Assembly (NCBI GenBank): GCA_964521295.1
Contig: CAZFRF010000001.1
Coordinates: forward strand, 850,066-914,065
Length of the DNA: 64,000 bases
From: an uncultured Gammaproteobacteria bacterium
GTDB taxonomy: Bacteria > Patescibacteriota > Microgenomatia > Levybacterales > UBA12049
Reading direction: 5' to 3'
The notes below the pieces were generated by a model. It did no database searches. It saw only the letters and a program-made list of their open reading frames with translations, and was not told where the DNA came from. The position numbers and the translations under genes are program-made. How positions within the stretch are numbered: the first letter of the stretch is position 1; the number at the start of each line of letters is the position of its first letter. Below are positions 18,030 to 27,465 of this stretch, piece by piece.

Positions 18030-19478
18030 TTAGAAATTTGCAGTTGCTACGTAGGTAAAGGTTGTCGAGTAGATTCCAGCTGGTGCAGTAGGTGAGATTG
18101 TTGCTCCATACTCAACGCTAGTTATGCTTACCGCTGAAGGTACGCTAGTTGACGCTAGTAGGCCATGAAAACCACTTATGCCTAAATTCCAAGGATTAGC
18201 ATATTTGTTGCTTGCGCCTCCTCCAGAACCCCAGCCTGTTGGTATTGTTGGACTAGTTGTGCTTCCGGAGCCTATACAAGGATGAATGCCAAAAGCATTA
18301 GTACCAGGAGTTATCGCTGCTGGAGCAGGATTTGTGCCATTAGTTGAGTCGTTTCCAGCTAGCCCTAGTCCGTTATTACCAGTATTGGCATCGGGCAAGA
18401 AGATTCCACTGCCTGGGTTAATAAAATGGCCTGAGGAAGTGGCTGTTAGGGTATATCCATATGAGGCGTTGGTATCAATTTGAATGTTTTGAGCGGAAAC
18501 ATTTCTTTTTCCGCTAGTAAGGCTTCCTAAATTAACAAATGTGGCTGTTGAATCAAGTCCAGGTCCAGGATTAGTAGTATCACCACAGATACTAGCACCG
18601 TTTGCTATTCCCGAAATGGTCATTGTCATATATGGTTCAATAGTGCCTTGAATTTGTACAGATTCAATAATTCCAGCAATTGCAGTTGTCGTATCTTGAT
18701 CTACCCCAGAATTATCTTGAGTTTTAACCACAATTTTCCATTGATCTGCAGTACCTGAAATATTGCTACTCTTAATCGGGTTAATAAGCATAGGTTTAAA
18801 AGAAGTACAGACTCCGCTAGAATTTGTTAAGCAGCCAACCTCAACCGTAACTGTAGCTCCGGCGCTAATACCAGAACCGTTTAAGGTGCAATCCATTGTT
18901 GAGCCGCTAATATTCCAGCTTGAGCAGGTAGCGTTATCGGTTTGGATTTCTGAGGAAGAGATGTTATTAAAGGAAAAGCCTGTTGCAGAGGGTGAAGCAG
19001 AGTTGCTGCCTGAGCCTGGAAAAGTTAAAACAATATGGCCTCCGCCTACAACTGAAGCTGATGTTGTAAATTTGATAGTGTGAGTCGCAGTAATTGGGGT
19101 AATTAAAGTTTCACCAGCTGTATGTGCTGTTGTGGTGCTGCCAGTAAAAAAGACAATTCTTTGATTAGAAGATGGGGTATTGGCGGCTGACATCGAAGCA
19201 ACATTTAGTCTATCTGTAGGATTGCCTAGGTTATTTAAGAATCTGGCAGAATCTGATGATATCCATAATGCCGAATTATACCCACTAATTGGTAAGTCAG
19301 TAACAATTACTTGGCCAACCCCGGAAGATATTCCTGTGGCTACTGGAGCCGCTGCAGAGGGCCTAGAAGTAGATAATTGAACGGAAACGTTAGTAAGTGC
19401 AGCATTGGTTTTAGGAGCAAAAAATAAGCCTAAGGAAAGGAGAAGAATAATAACAGACAGTATTTTTTTTATACTCAT
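18030..19478 (-). CDS. Secreted WxL/pilin-like surface subunit (paralog A)
   Basis: Signal peptide (AxA); Ser/Thr/Gly-rich beta protein; six Cys; C-terminus APAGIYSTTFTYVATANF. Confidence 0.6.
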   Translation of the reverse strand: MSIKKILSVIILLLSLGLFFAPKTNAALTNVSVQLSTSRPSAAAPVATGISSGVGQVIVTDLPISGYNSALWISSDSARFLNNLGNPTDRLNVASMSAANTPSSNQRIVFFTGSTTTAHTAGETLITPITATHTIKFTTSASVVGGGHIVLTFPGSGSNSASPSATGFSFNNISSSEIQTDNATCSSWNISGSTMDCTLNGSGISAGATVTVEVGCLTNSSGVCTSFKPMLINPIKSSNISGTADQWKIVVKTQDNSGVDQDTTTAIAGIIESVQIQGTIEPYMTMTISGIANGASICGDTTNPGPGLDSTATFVNLGSLTSGKRNVSAQNIQIDTNASYGYTLTATSSGHFINPGSGIFLPDANTGNNGLGLAGNDSTNGTNPAPAAITPGTNAFGIHPCIGSGSTTSPTIPTGWGSGGGASNKYANPWNLGISGFHGLLASTSVPSAVSITSVEYGATISPTAPAGIYSTTFTYVATANF

Positions 19479-19569
19479 GTAAATAAAATAAGTGCTACTA
19501 TTACTATCTGATTTTTAAAATCAATTGTCAAGGTTTTTTGGGCTTAATTTAGATTCAAAACTGAAGATT

Positions 19570-20559
19570 TTAAGCAGTTGTTGTATTTCCGCCCTCATCA
19601 TGACTTACCTGAGGCTGATTTACTTGATGATCAGGGTTTTTGCGCTGATTTTTTCTCTTTTTGTAATATTTTGCCCCTAGGATTACCGCTATTACGATAA
19701 GAATAATTATTATCGTAAGTCTCCAAGGGAAAACCCAGAATGTTAAAGAAGAAACGAGTGGGAGATTGCCATTTTGTCCATATGAGGCAGTTAGTTGAGC
19801 TTTATATGGTCCAAACATTAACATGCTACCAAATCTATTTGTAAAATCCCTGGTGGCTTCTGGGAAAATGTTGTGAGTTGGTAGATTTTGTGACTCATTA
19901 AAGAAAAGACCCGTTACTTTAACAGTTCCTTTTGGTGCGATATGCAGATCTCCTAAGTTTCTAATTTGCGTTAAGACGTCAACTGGTCCATATTCATGTA
20001 AAAAGTTAGTAAAGAATTTAAATACTGAAGCTGATTCTTTAACTGGTCCATTGATTGTGACATAAAAAAGGGAACCTATTTGAGTATTTACCACACCACC
20101 GGTTGCATTATCTACGCCTTCAACTCTTGGTTTGGTAACAATTGCTGCGTAGTGTCCACCTGGTTTAGCATAGGATGGGATTTGAACATAATAGTTTACA
20201 ACCTGAGTTTGACCTGGTTTTAGAGTAAATTGAGAAGGTGAGACTCCAATCCAGGCTGCAGCAGAATATTTATTACTTAAGGAGTTGGGAGGAAGTATTT
20301 GAGGTGTGCCTTGGGTATCTGAAACGATATAGTCTTGAACGCTGATATCAAAAGTTAATGGGGCATTGCTTTGGTTTACCACCTTAGTTGTGCCTTGTTT
20401 GTATCCTCCTGGATCAAGTTTTACGTCAATTGTAGGATTAACAACCGTAAATGTTCTTTGTAGCTCTTGAGCAGTAGCAACGCTAATTACGCTAAACACA
20501 AAAACTAACGTTGTAGCTATCAATAATCTTTTCTTTAATTGTAAATTGGGCAGTTTCAT
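19570..20559 (-). CDS. DUF916/PapD-like membrane-anchored partner or chaperone protein
   Basis: Signal peptide; AAAWI..FTLKPGQTQVV..PGGHYAAI; NLGDLHIAPKGTV; GPYKAQL; C-terminal TM plus basic tail. Confidence 0.65.
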   Translation of the reverse strand: MKLPNLQLKKRLLIATTLVFVFSVISVATAQELQRTFTVVNPTIDVKLDPGGYKQGTTKVVNQSNAPLTFDISVQDYIVSDTQGTPQILPPNSLSNKYSAAAWIGVSPSQFTLKPGQTQVVNYYVQIPSYAKPGGHYAAIVTKPRVEGVDNATGGVVNTQIGSLFYVTINGPVKESASVFKFFTNFLHEYGPVDVLTQIRNLGDLHIAPKGTVKVTGLFFNESQNLPTHNIFPEATRDFTNRFGSMLMFGPYKAQLTASYGQNGNLPLVSSLTFWVFPWRLTIIIILIVIAVILGAKYYKKRKNQRKNPDHQVNQPQVSHDEGGNTTTA

Positions 20560-20612
20560 ATTTTTTAACTAATTTACATTATGAGCATTTTATTTTAAGG
20601 TTGTCAATTGCC

Positions 20613-22055
20613 TTAAAATCTTGCTGTTGCTACATATGTAAAGACTGTCGTATAAATACCTGCTGGCGTAGTTGCTGAGACTGCTGCTGCATATTCAATT
20701 GTGGTTATGCTGGCTGCAGAAGGAGCGCTTGTGCTTGATAAGAGAGCGTAATATCCATTGGTTTGATTATTCCAAGGATTAGCATAGTTATTGCTTCCTC
20801 CGCCTCCAGAGCCCCAGCCAGTTGGTATGGTTGGCGCAGGAGAACCGCTAGTTGCACAAGGGTGTATACCAAAGTCTGAAACACCTGCTGTAATTGCGGC
20901 TGGTGAAGGAGTAGTACCGTTAGTTGCGTTATTAGCAGTTAAACCATTGCCTCCGTTTGCGTCAGCCAGATAAAAACCAGTTGATGGGTTAACAAATCTA
21001 CCAGCTGAGGTTGCTGTTAGGGTATATCCAAAAGAACCATTGGTATCAATTTGAATTGTTTGAGCTGATCTGTTAATTTGTCCGCTGGAAAGTGAACCTA
21101 GGTTAACAAAGGTTGCTGTTGAATCAAGACCTGCGCCAGGATTAGTTGTGTCTCCGCAGGCACTTGCTCCATTAGTTACTCCAGCAATGGTCATGGTCAT
21201 ATATGGCTCAACTGTTCCTTGGACCTGTACAGATTCTATTATTCCCGCTACAACGGTTGCGCTGTCTAAATCAACTGAGCTAGCGTCTTGAGTTTTGATG
21301 CCAATTTTCCATTGATCAGCGCTTCCTACTGCCTGGGTTGTTTTCACCGGATTAATAAGTCTAGGGTTAAAGACTGTGCAAACTCCAGATGATTGAGTCG
21401 TACAACCAACTAAAAGCGTAACAGTAGTGTTGGCTGCTACTCCTGAAGCATTTAAATTACAGGTAATAGAGTTTGCGCCGATTGTGTATGAAGAGCAGGT
21501 TGCATTATTAGCTTGAATTTGTCCTGAGGCAAGGTTGTTAAATGAAAAGCCAGTTGCTGAGGGAGATGCAATGTTGCTTCCAGCCCCAGGGAAGGTAATT
21601 ACAATTTTTCCGCTTCCAGGTATTGCAGTAACAGTTGTAAATTTAATAGTATGTGTTGCTGTGATTGGAGTAATTACAGTTTCTCCGGAAAAATGTTGGG
21701 CTGCAGTGTTAGCAGTAAAAAAGAGAGTTCTTTGGTTTGCAGATGGGGTATTAGCGGCTGACATAGAGGCAACGTTAATAGATTCACTTGGTGTGCCATT
21801 GTTTCTTAAGAAAGTTGCACTATCTGATGCAAGCCAGAGAGCTGAATTATATGCGCTTCCTGCTAGATCAATAACCGTTACTTGTCCTACGCCTGAAGCA
21901 AAACCTGCTGTTAATGGTGCTGCAGCAGAGGGTCTGGAGGTGCTTAGCTGATCAGAGGCATTCGAGAGGGAAGCTGCTTGAGTTTTAGATGTAAATACCA
22001 ATCCCGATAACAGGATTAATAATACTATAATATTTAGCCTCAATAAGTATTTCAT
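20613..22055 (-). CDS. Secreted WxL/pilin-like surface subunit (paralog B)
   Basis: Full-length paralog of 18030..19478; C-terminus TPAGIYTTVFTYVATARF. Confidence 0.6.
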   Translation of the reverse strand: MKYLLRLNIIVLLILLSGLVFTSKTQAASLSNASDQLSTSRPSAAAPLTAGFASGVGQVTVIDLAGSAYNSALWLASDSATFLRNNGTPSESINVASMSAANTPSANQRTLFFTANTAAQHFSGETVITPITATHTIKFTTVTAIPGSGKIVITFPGAGSNIASPSATGFSFNNLASGQIQANNATCSSYTIGANSITCNLNASGVAANTTVTLLVGCTTQSSGVCTVFNPRLINPVKTTQAVGSADQWKIGIKTQDASSVDLDSATVVAGIIESVQVQGTVEPYMTMTIAGVTNGASACGDTTNPGAGLDSTATFVNLGSLSSGQINRSAQTIQIDTNGSFGYTLTATSAGRFVNPSTGFYLADANGGNGLTANNATNGTTPSPAAITAGVSDFGIHPCATSGSPAPTIPTGWGSGGGGSNNYANPWNNQTNGYYALLSSTSAPSAASITTIEYAAAVSATTPAGIYTTVFTYVATARF

Positions 22056-22134
22056 TTAAATAAATGCTACTATTAATATGTATGGTTTTTGCGTATAAGT
22101 CAAGTGGTAATCTGAGGGATAAGTATACCTTGGT

Positions 22135-23145
22135 TTAGTTAGTATATTTTTTAACTCTTAAGAGTATAAAGACGAGTATAATTATTAATAAAACTATACC
22201 TATTAAGTAGTTGATGGGGAAGGCAAAGAAGGTTATAGTTTTGGAAAGTGTTTGTGATTTATCATCAAGATTAATAGTAAGTGTGGCTGTGTATGGTCCA
22301 AGTAAAAATTTTTCAGGCCAGATAGCTACGGGAATATTTTCTTCCTCTAGTAATGCATTAGCTGCTGCGTATTCCTTTGAATCTGGGTTTTGTTGTTTTA
22401 AATCAGGAATAAGTCTTTCTGAGTTAGAAAGGATATTAACTGGTAGTAAGTCAATTCTGCCAATTGTTTGATTAAACATGTTTTTAATAACTATCTTTCC
22501 TTGTGGAGTAATAAAATGGTCACTTTTATTAACTACGTTAACGGTAAAGGGTACTGGGCCACTATCTTTAAAAAATGCAGTCTCAAATTCCTTAATGTAT
22601 CCATTTGTTGCGCCTTTTGGTCCGACAGTAAGTAAGACATTCATTGCAATTGCTGCTGTAGCTAAAGAAGAATTAGCTAGGTTGGTGTTGTTATTTTTTG
22701 ATACAAAAAGAATACTAAAGTAATAGTCTCCTTTTTCTTCGTTCGCCGGAACCTGAAGGACAAGTTGTAGCTTTTTGCCTTGCTTAGGAGCTAGGGTAAT
22801 ACTTTTCACAGCTTCGCCCTCATCTAGGATTTTAATTCTATTCGCAAATAGAGGGTCTGGAAAAGCGGAAAAAGTATCTTGAATTTGTAGTTGACCGTCT
22901 TTACTTTGAGCCGGAGCAAAGGGCTTAATAACTATATTTAAATCTACACTCGAATCAGTATTGTTTTCCAAGAAGATATCGCCTTTAGGCTCAGCAGGAG
23001 GTGTGGAGTCGATCTGCATAATTGGAGGATATATGCCTAAAGACACTTCTTGGGCCATGATGTTTTTTACAAGACCAATATTTGAAGCTAAAATTAGCAG
23101 TATTAATATCCAAGTGCTAAGTATAATTATTTTTTTTAGTATCAT
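22135..23145 (-). CDS. DUF916/PapD-like membrane-anchored partner or chaperone protein
   Basis: ITLAPKQGKKL..GDYYFSILF; NKSDHFITPQGKI; GPYTATL; C-terminal TM; homologous to 19570..20559. Confidence 0.6.
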   Translation of the reverse strand: MILKKIIILSTWILILLILASNIGLVKNIMAQEVSLGIYPPIMQIDSTPPAEPKGDIFLENNTDSSVDLNIVIKPFAPAQSKDGQLQIQDTFSAFPDPLFANRIKILDEGEAVKSITLAPKQGKKLQLVLQVPANEEKGDYYFSILFVSKNNNTNLANSSLATAAIAMNVLLTVGPKGATNGYIKEFETAFFKDSGPVPFTVNVVNKSDHFITPQGKIVIKNMFNQTIGRIDLLPVNILSNSERLIPDLKQQNPDSKEYAAANALLEEENIPVAIWPEKFLLGPYTATLTINLDDKSQTLSKTITFFAFPINYLIGIVLLIIILVFILLRVKKYTN

Positions 23146-23150
23146 ATTTT

Positions 23151-23900
23151 TTAAAATGTCGGAAACGCGATATAGTTTACTACATTTGTATATAGTCCGG
23201 CGGGTTGGGTTCCTGGAATATTTACCTTATATGTTATCTGAGTTTGTCTATTTTTGCCAACATTTGGACTACTCATAACCAGAACTGCAGAAGGAGAAGC
23301 AGCGAATTGCTTATAAAAAGTTGCGGTTGAGAAGCCAGAGGCACAATCAGTTCCGCTTAAGTTGTCGCATCTATAGCCAAACCCGTATGCAAGTGAGCTT
23401 GTCCAGGCAGCGGCTGTGGTTGTTGTGCAGCTGCCTGCATCGCAGGTAGTTGGTTGGATTTCTGCTCCAGTTGCGTTCACTCTTAGGTTGCGGTTGTTGT
23501 TTACATAGACTCCATAGCCATGACCTGATTCAAAAGATACGGTTAGAGTATTGGTTCTGGTTGTAGGGCTAGTGGGAACGATTACGCCAAAGTTAATAAA
23601 GGTGCTAGAGATAGTAAAAGTAAAGGGAGTAAGGGGGTGAATATATTGAAAACCTGCTTTTACTTTATAATTAGTGCCTGTGAAAAGAAATTGACCGGAT
23701 TCACCGCTAGTTATTGATAATTTATAATTACTTCCGGTTGGTTTACCCGCGAAAGAGTTAAGATTACCCATCTGGATTATATAAGAAGAATTAGACATTG
23801 TTTGAGCAAGGGATTTTGATACAGAAAGTACTAGAAATGTAATAGACAGATATATTATTAGGGTTGCAAATAGGAAGTTTTGCAGCGAATTATTTTTCAT
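23151..23900 (-). CDS. Small secreted WxL/pilin-like subunit
   Basis: Signal peptide; MSNSSYII N-terminal motif; INFGVIVP; two Cys pairs; C-terminus QPAGLYTNVVNYIAFPTF. Confidence 0.55.
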   Translation of the reverse strand: MKNNSLQNFLFATLIIYLSITFLVLSVSKSLAQTMSNSSYIIQMGNLNSFAGKPTGSNYKLSITSGESGQFLFTGTNYKVKAGFQYIHPLTPFTFTISSTFINFGVIVPTSPTTRTNTLTVSFESGHGYGVYVNNNRNLRVNATGAEIQPTTCDAGSCTTTTAAAWTSSLAYGFGYRCDNLSGTDCASGFSTATFYKQFAASPSAVLVMSSPNVGKNRQTQITYKVNIPGTQPAGLYTNVVNYIAFPTF

Positions 23901-23902
23901 AT

Positions 23903-24538
23903 TTAACTTTTAATTTCAGAGCGAAGATCATCTGCTTCTTCAAGTATCTCATTTAGCTTTTCCATATCTTTATCCTTAAGATTTCCATGTTCGTTATCTA
24001 AGATTTCTTCTACATCTTCTGCGATTGTGTCTGCAGCTTCCTTTTCACGTTCTTTTAACTGTAACATTTCTTCGTTTTGAAGGTCATTTTTTTGATATTC
24101 CTTGCCAAAAAAGTAGGCAAGGGGAGAAAGTAGGGCAACTGAGCCTAGTTTTAGGGAATTCATGGCTAAATCTGACTTTAAAATATCTGGCACAAAGATC
24201 AGTAGAGTGCCAATTATGAATACAAATACTAATGTTGGTTCAAAAACAAAGGCTATACCGAAGGCTAGAAAGTAGAGAATGAAAAAAAGTGGACTATTTA
24301 ACCCACCAGTTGTAAAGATTAGGAGAAAAATAAGGCTATTTAACAAAAATATTCCCATTGGACTTTCTCCACCCATGGTTAAAAAGCCTCTTCCTTTTTT
24401 TCTGGCTGAAATAATCAGGTACAAAGCTATAAAAAGTCCAAGCATTTGAACTGTGAAATCTTTAAGTGGACTATTTTGCCAAATAAAGATAACTGCAAAA
24501 GAGGCAATCAGAGTTAAAAATTGGGTCAGGCTCTTCAT
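23903..24538 (-). CDS. Hypothetical multi-pass membrane protein with acidic coiled C-terminus
   Basis: Several hydrophobic helices; TGGLNSPLFFILY motif. Confidence 0.55.
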   Translation of the reverse strand: MKSLTQFLTLIASFAVIFIWQNSPLKDFTVQMLGLFIALYLIISARKKGRGFLTMGGESPMGIFLLNSLIFLLIFTTGGLNSPLFFILYFLAFGIAFVFEPTLVFVFIIGTLLIFVPDILKSDLAMNSLKLGSVALLSPLAYFFGKEYQKNDLQNEEMLQLKEREKEAADTIAEDVEEILDNEHGNLKDKDMEKLNEILEEADDLRSEIKS

Positions 24539-24592
24539 AACTATATGGTAAGTAATTTAAATTAAAACTGCAAGTATGCTATACTTTAGGCT

Positions 24593-26851
24593 ATGAAATT
24601 AGGTAAATATTTTCCTGATAAAATCGAGTCTAAGTGGCAAAAAGAGTGGCAAAAAGCTGGTATTTTTAAGTTTAAAGAAGATGCCAAATCAAAGGGCAAA
24701 TATTACAATCTAGTTGAGTTACCATATCCCTCAGGCGATCTTCATTTGGGACATTGGTTTGCATTTGTTCCTGCAGATGCGCACGCAAGATATAAAAAGA
24801 TGTCAGGTTTTAATGTTTTATTTCCTAATGGTTTTGATGCATTTGGTCTTCCAGCCGAAAACGCAGCTATAAAACGAAATATTCATCCTCAGGATTGGAC
24901 GATGAAAAATATTGAGACCATGCGTGATCAATTTGCGACAATGGGAACTATGATTGATTGGACACATACCGCAATTACTTGTCTTCCTGAGTATTATCGT
25001 TGGAATCAATGGATGTTTCTAAAAATGTTTGAAAAAGGTATTGCCTATAAAGGAAAAGCACTATCAAACTGGTGCCCAACAGATCAAACAGTACTTGCTA
25101 ATGAGCATATTGAAAATGGAAAGTGCTGGAGATGTGGTACAGAGGTTATCCAAAAAGAAGTAGAGCAGTGGTTTTTAGCAATTACTAAATACGCCGATTC
25201 TTTAATCTGGCCAGAAAATCCTAAAGAGGATTGGCCAAAAATGGTTAGAGATGGACAAAACAATTGGATAGGAAGATCAGAGGGGATGCTCATTGATTTT
25301 GGTGGTATTGAAGTTTTCACAACCAGACCCGATACGATTGATGGTGCAACATTTTTAGTCGTAGCTCCTGAACATTCCTTTGCAAGTTCAATTGATTTGC
25401 CTGAAGTTAAGGAATATATAGAAGTGGCTAAGAAGAAAACTGAGATGGAAAGAAAGGAAGAAAAGGTGAAGTCAGGGGTGTTTACTGGACGCTCTGTGAA
25501 AAATCCCTACACAGGTAAAGATATTCCGGTTTGGATCTCAGATTATGTTTTAGCAGGTTATGGTACAGGAGCAATTATGGCAGTTCCATTCGCTGATGAG
25601 AGAGATAAGGAGTTTGCTACTAAGTTTAATCTTCCAATTATTCCTACAGATTATAAATCAAAGCCAGAAGGTAAGAAAATGGTTAATTATCATCTAAGAG
25701 ATTGGTCAGTTTCAAGGCAAAGATATTGGGGAACTCCTGTGCCAATTATTCATTGTGAAAAATGTGGTTTAGTTCCAGTGCCTTTAGAGGACTTGCCAGT
25801 AGAGCTACCATATAATGTAGATTATGCGCCTAAGGGTAAGCCACCTTTGGCAACAGATGAAAAATGGTTAGCGGTTAAATGTCCAAATTGCCAAGGCGAG
25901 GCGAAAAGAGAAGCAGAAACTTTAGATACTTTTTTTGATAGCGCCTGGTATTACTATAGATATGTAACTCCAAAGTTTGACAAAGCTCCTTTTGATTCTG
26001 ATTTGGTAAATAAAATTATGCCAGTCGATGTATATTTTGGGGGATCCGAGCATACATTGGGTCATACTTTATATGCAAGATTTTTCACAAAATTTTTTAA
26101 AGATCTAGGTCTTGTTGATTTTTCAGAGTTTGCTAAAAAAAGAGCACAACATGGGGTGATCCTAGGACCTGATGGTAACAGGATGAGTAAGAGTAAAGGA
26201 AATGTCGTTAATCCTGATGACGTTGTTTCTGAGTTTGGAGCAGACACGGTCAGGCTTTATCTCTGTTTTATGATGCCATATGAGGCAACTGCTCCTTGGA
26301 ATAAAGAAGCGATTTCGGGAATTTATAGATTTATTAAAAGAGTTTGGGAGTTAGCAGAGGTTGTGGAAGAAGGGGAATTAACTAGAGAAGATAAATTTCA
26401 AATGAATAAAGCCATAAAAAAAGTAGGCGATGATCTAGAGATGTTACAGTTTAATACAGCAGTATCTAGTTTAATGATCTGGTTGAATTACTTAGCCGCC
26501 AAAGACAAGGTCTATAAGGAGGAATATCTTAATTTATTAAAGCTACTCTCTCCATTTGCACCTCATGTAGCAGAGGAGATTTGGCATTTAATTAATCCAT
26601 CTGCTAGCTTTATTCATTTAGAGAATTGGCCGTCATATCAATCTGAATACTTAATTGCAGATTCAGTGAAAATTGTAGTTCAGATCAACGGAAAGGTTAG
26701 GGACTTAGTTGAAGTAGAGAGTTCTAAATTAAAGGATCAGGGATATGTAGAAAATTTAGCTAAAGAGGCTAATAATGTGAAAACATATTTAAATAGCCCT
26801 GTGAAAAAAGTGATTTACGTTGAAGGTAAAATAATAAATTTTGTTGTGTAA
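24593..26851 (+). CDS. leuS: Leucine--tRNA ligase
   Basis: PYPSGDLHLGH, GFDAFGLPAENAAI, FTTRPDT, RDWSVSRQRYWGTP, RMSKSKGN. Confidence 0.97.
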   Translation: MKLGKYFPDKIESKWQKEWQKAGIFKFKEDAKSKGKYYNLVELPYPSGDLHLGHWFAFVPADAHARYKKMSGFNVLFPNGFDAFGLPAENAAIKRNIHPQDWTMKNIETMRDQFATMGTMIDWTHTAITCLPEYYRWNQWMFLKMFEKGIAYKGKALSNWCPTDQTVLANEHIENGKCWRCGTEVIQKEVEQWFLAITKYADSLIWPENPKEDWPKMVRDGQNNWIGRSEGMLIDFGGIEVFTTRPDTIDGATFLVVAPEHSFASSIDLPEVKEYIEVAKKKTEMERKEEKVKSGVFTGRSVKNPYTGKDIPVWISDYVLAGYGTGAIMAVPFADERDKEFATKFNLPIIPTDYKSKPEGKKMVNYHLRDWSVSRQRYWGTPVPIIHCEKCGLVPVPLEDLPVELPYNVDYAPKGKPPLATDEKWLAVKCPNCQGEAKREAETLDTFFDSAWYYYRYVTPKFDKAPFDSDLVNKIMPVDVYFGGSEHTLGHTLYARFFTKFFKDLGLVDFSEFAKKRAQHGVILGPDGNRMSKSKGNVVNPDDVVSEFGADTVRLYLCFMMPYEATAPWNKEAISGIYRFIKRVWELAEVVEEGELTREDKFQMNKAIKKVGDDLEMLQFNTAVSSLMIWLNYLAAKDKVYKEEYLNLLKLLSPFAPHVAEEIWHLINPSASFIHLENWPSYQSEYLIADSVKIVVQINGKVRDLVEVESSKLKDQGYVENLAKEANNVKTYLNSPVKKVIYVEGKIINFVV

Positions 26852-27465
26852 TGGATAATTTCTCTGGTTTTGTCCTCGAGCTTTGCAAAAAGCACTGGCT
26901 TCCTTTGTCCCTCGGAGTATTAGGTTTGATATTCTTAATATATGGTTTGATAGGGTTATTTAATGCAAGTTCTCGATCTGATCAGATTAAGTTTGAGACT
27001 AATTCAGTAAATGATTCAAGTTTATCTGAAAAGTTAGTTTATGTGGACATAGAAGGCGAGGTCGTAAAGCCAGGTGTATATAAGTTAAAGCAAGACTCAA
27101 TTGTTCAAGATGTTTTTGTTGCTTCTGGTGGATTAACAGCTAGTGCAGATAGGGAGTGGGTAGCAAAAAATGTTAACTTAGCGCTTAAGGTTTCTGACGG
27201 ACAGAAAATATATATACCTAAAGTTGGTGAAGATGGTAAGACTATGTCGACTAGTGTCTTGTCTGGTTCGACAGCTAATTCTGGTCTTATAAATATTAAC
27301 ACTGCTTCGGAAAAAGAATTAGATAGTTTACCCGGAATAGGTCTGGTAACTGCAGCAAAGATTATTAATTTGAGACCATATGCCGCCATAGAGGATTTAG
27401 AAATAAATAAAATAGTTAGTTCTAAAGTGTATTTACAGATAAAAGATAAAATTGCCGTTTGGTAA
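26851..27465 (+). CDS. comEA: Competence DNA-binding protein ComEA (SLBB + HhH)
   Basis: VDIEGEVVKPGVY; ININTASEKELDSLPGIG; N-terminal TM. Confidence 0.93.
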   Translation: MDNFSGFVLELCKKHWLPLSLGVLGLIFLIYGLIGLFNASSRSDQIKFETNSVNDSSLSEKLVYVDIEGEVVKPGVYKLKQDSIVQDVFVASGGLTASADREWVAKNVNLALKVSDGQKIYIPKVGEDGKTMSTSVLSGSTANSGLININTASEKELDSLPGIGLVTAAKIINLRPYAAIEDLEINKIVSSKVYLQIKDKIAVW

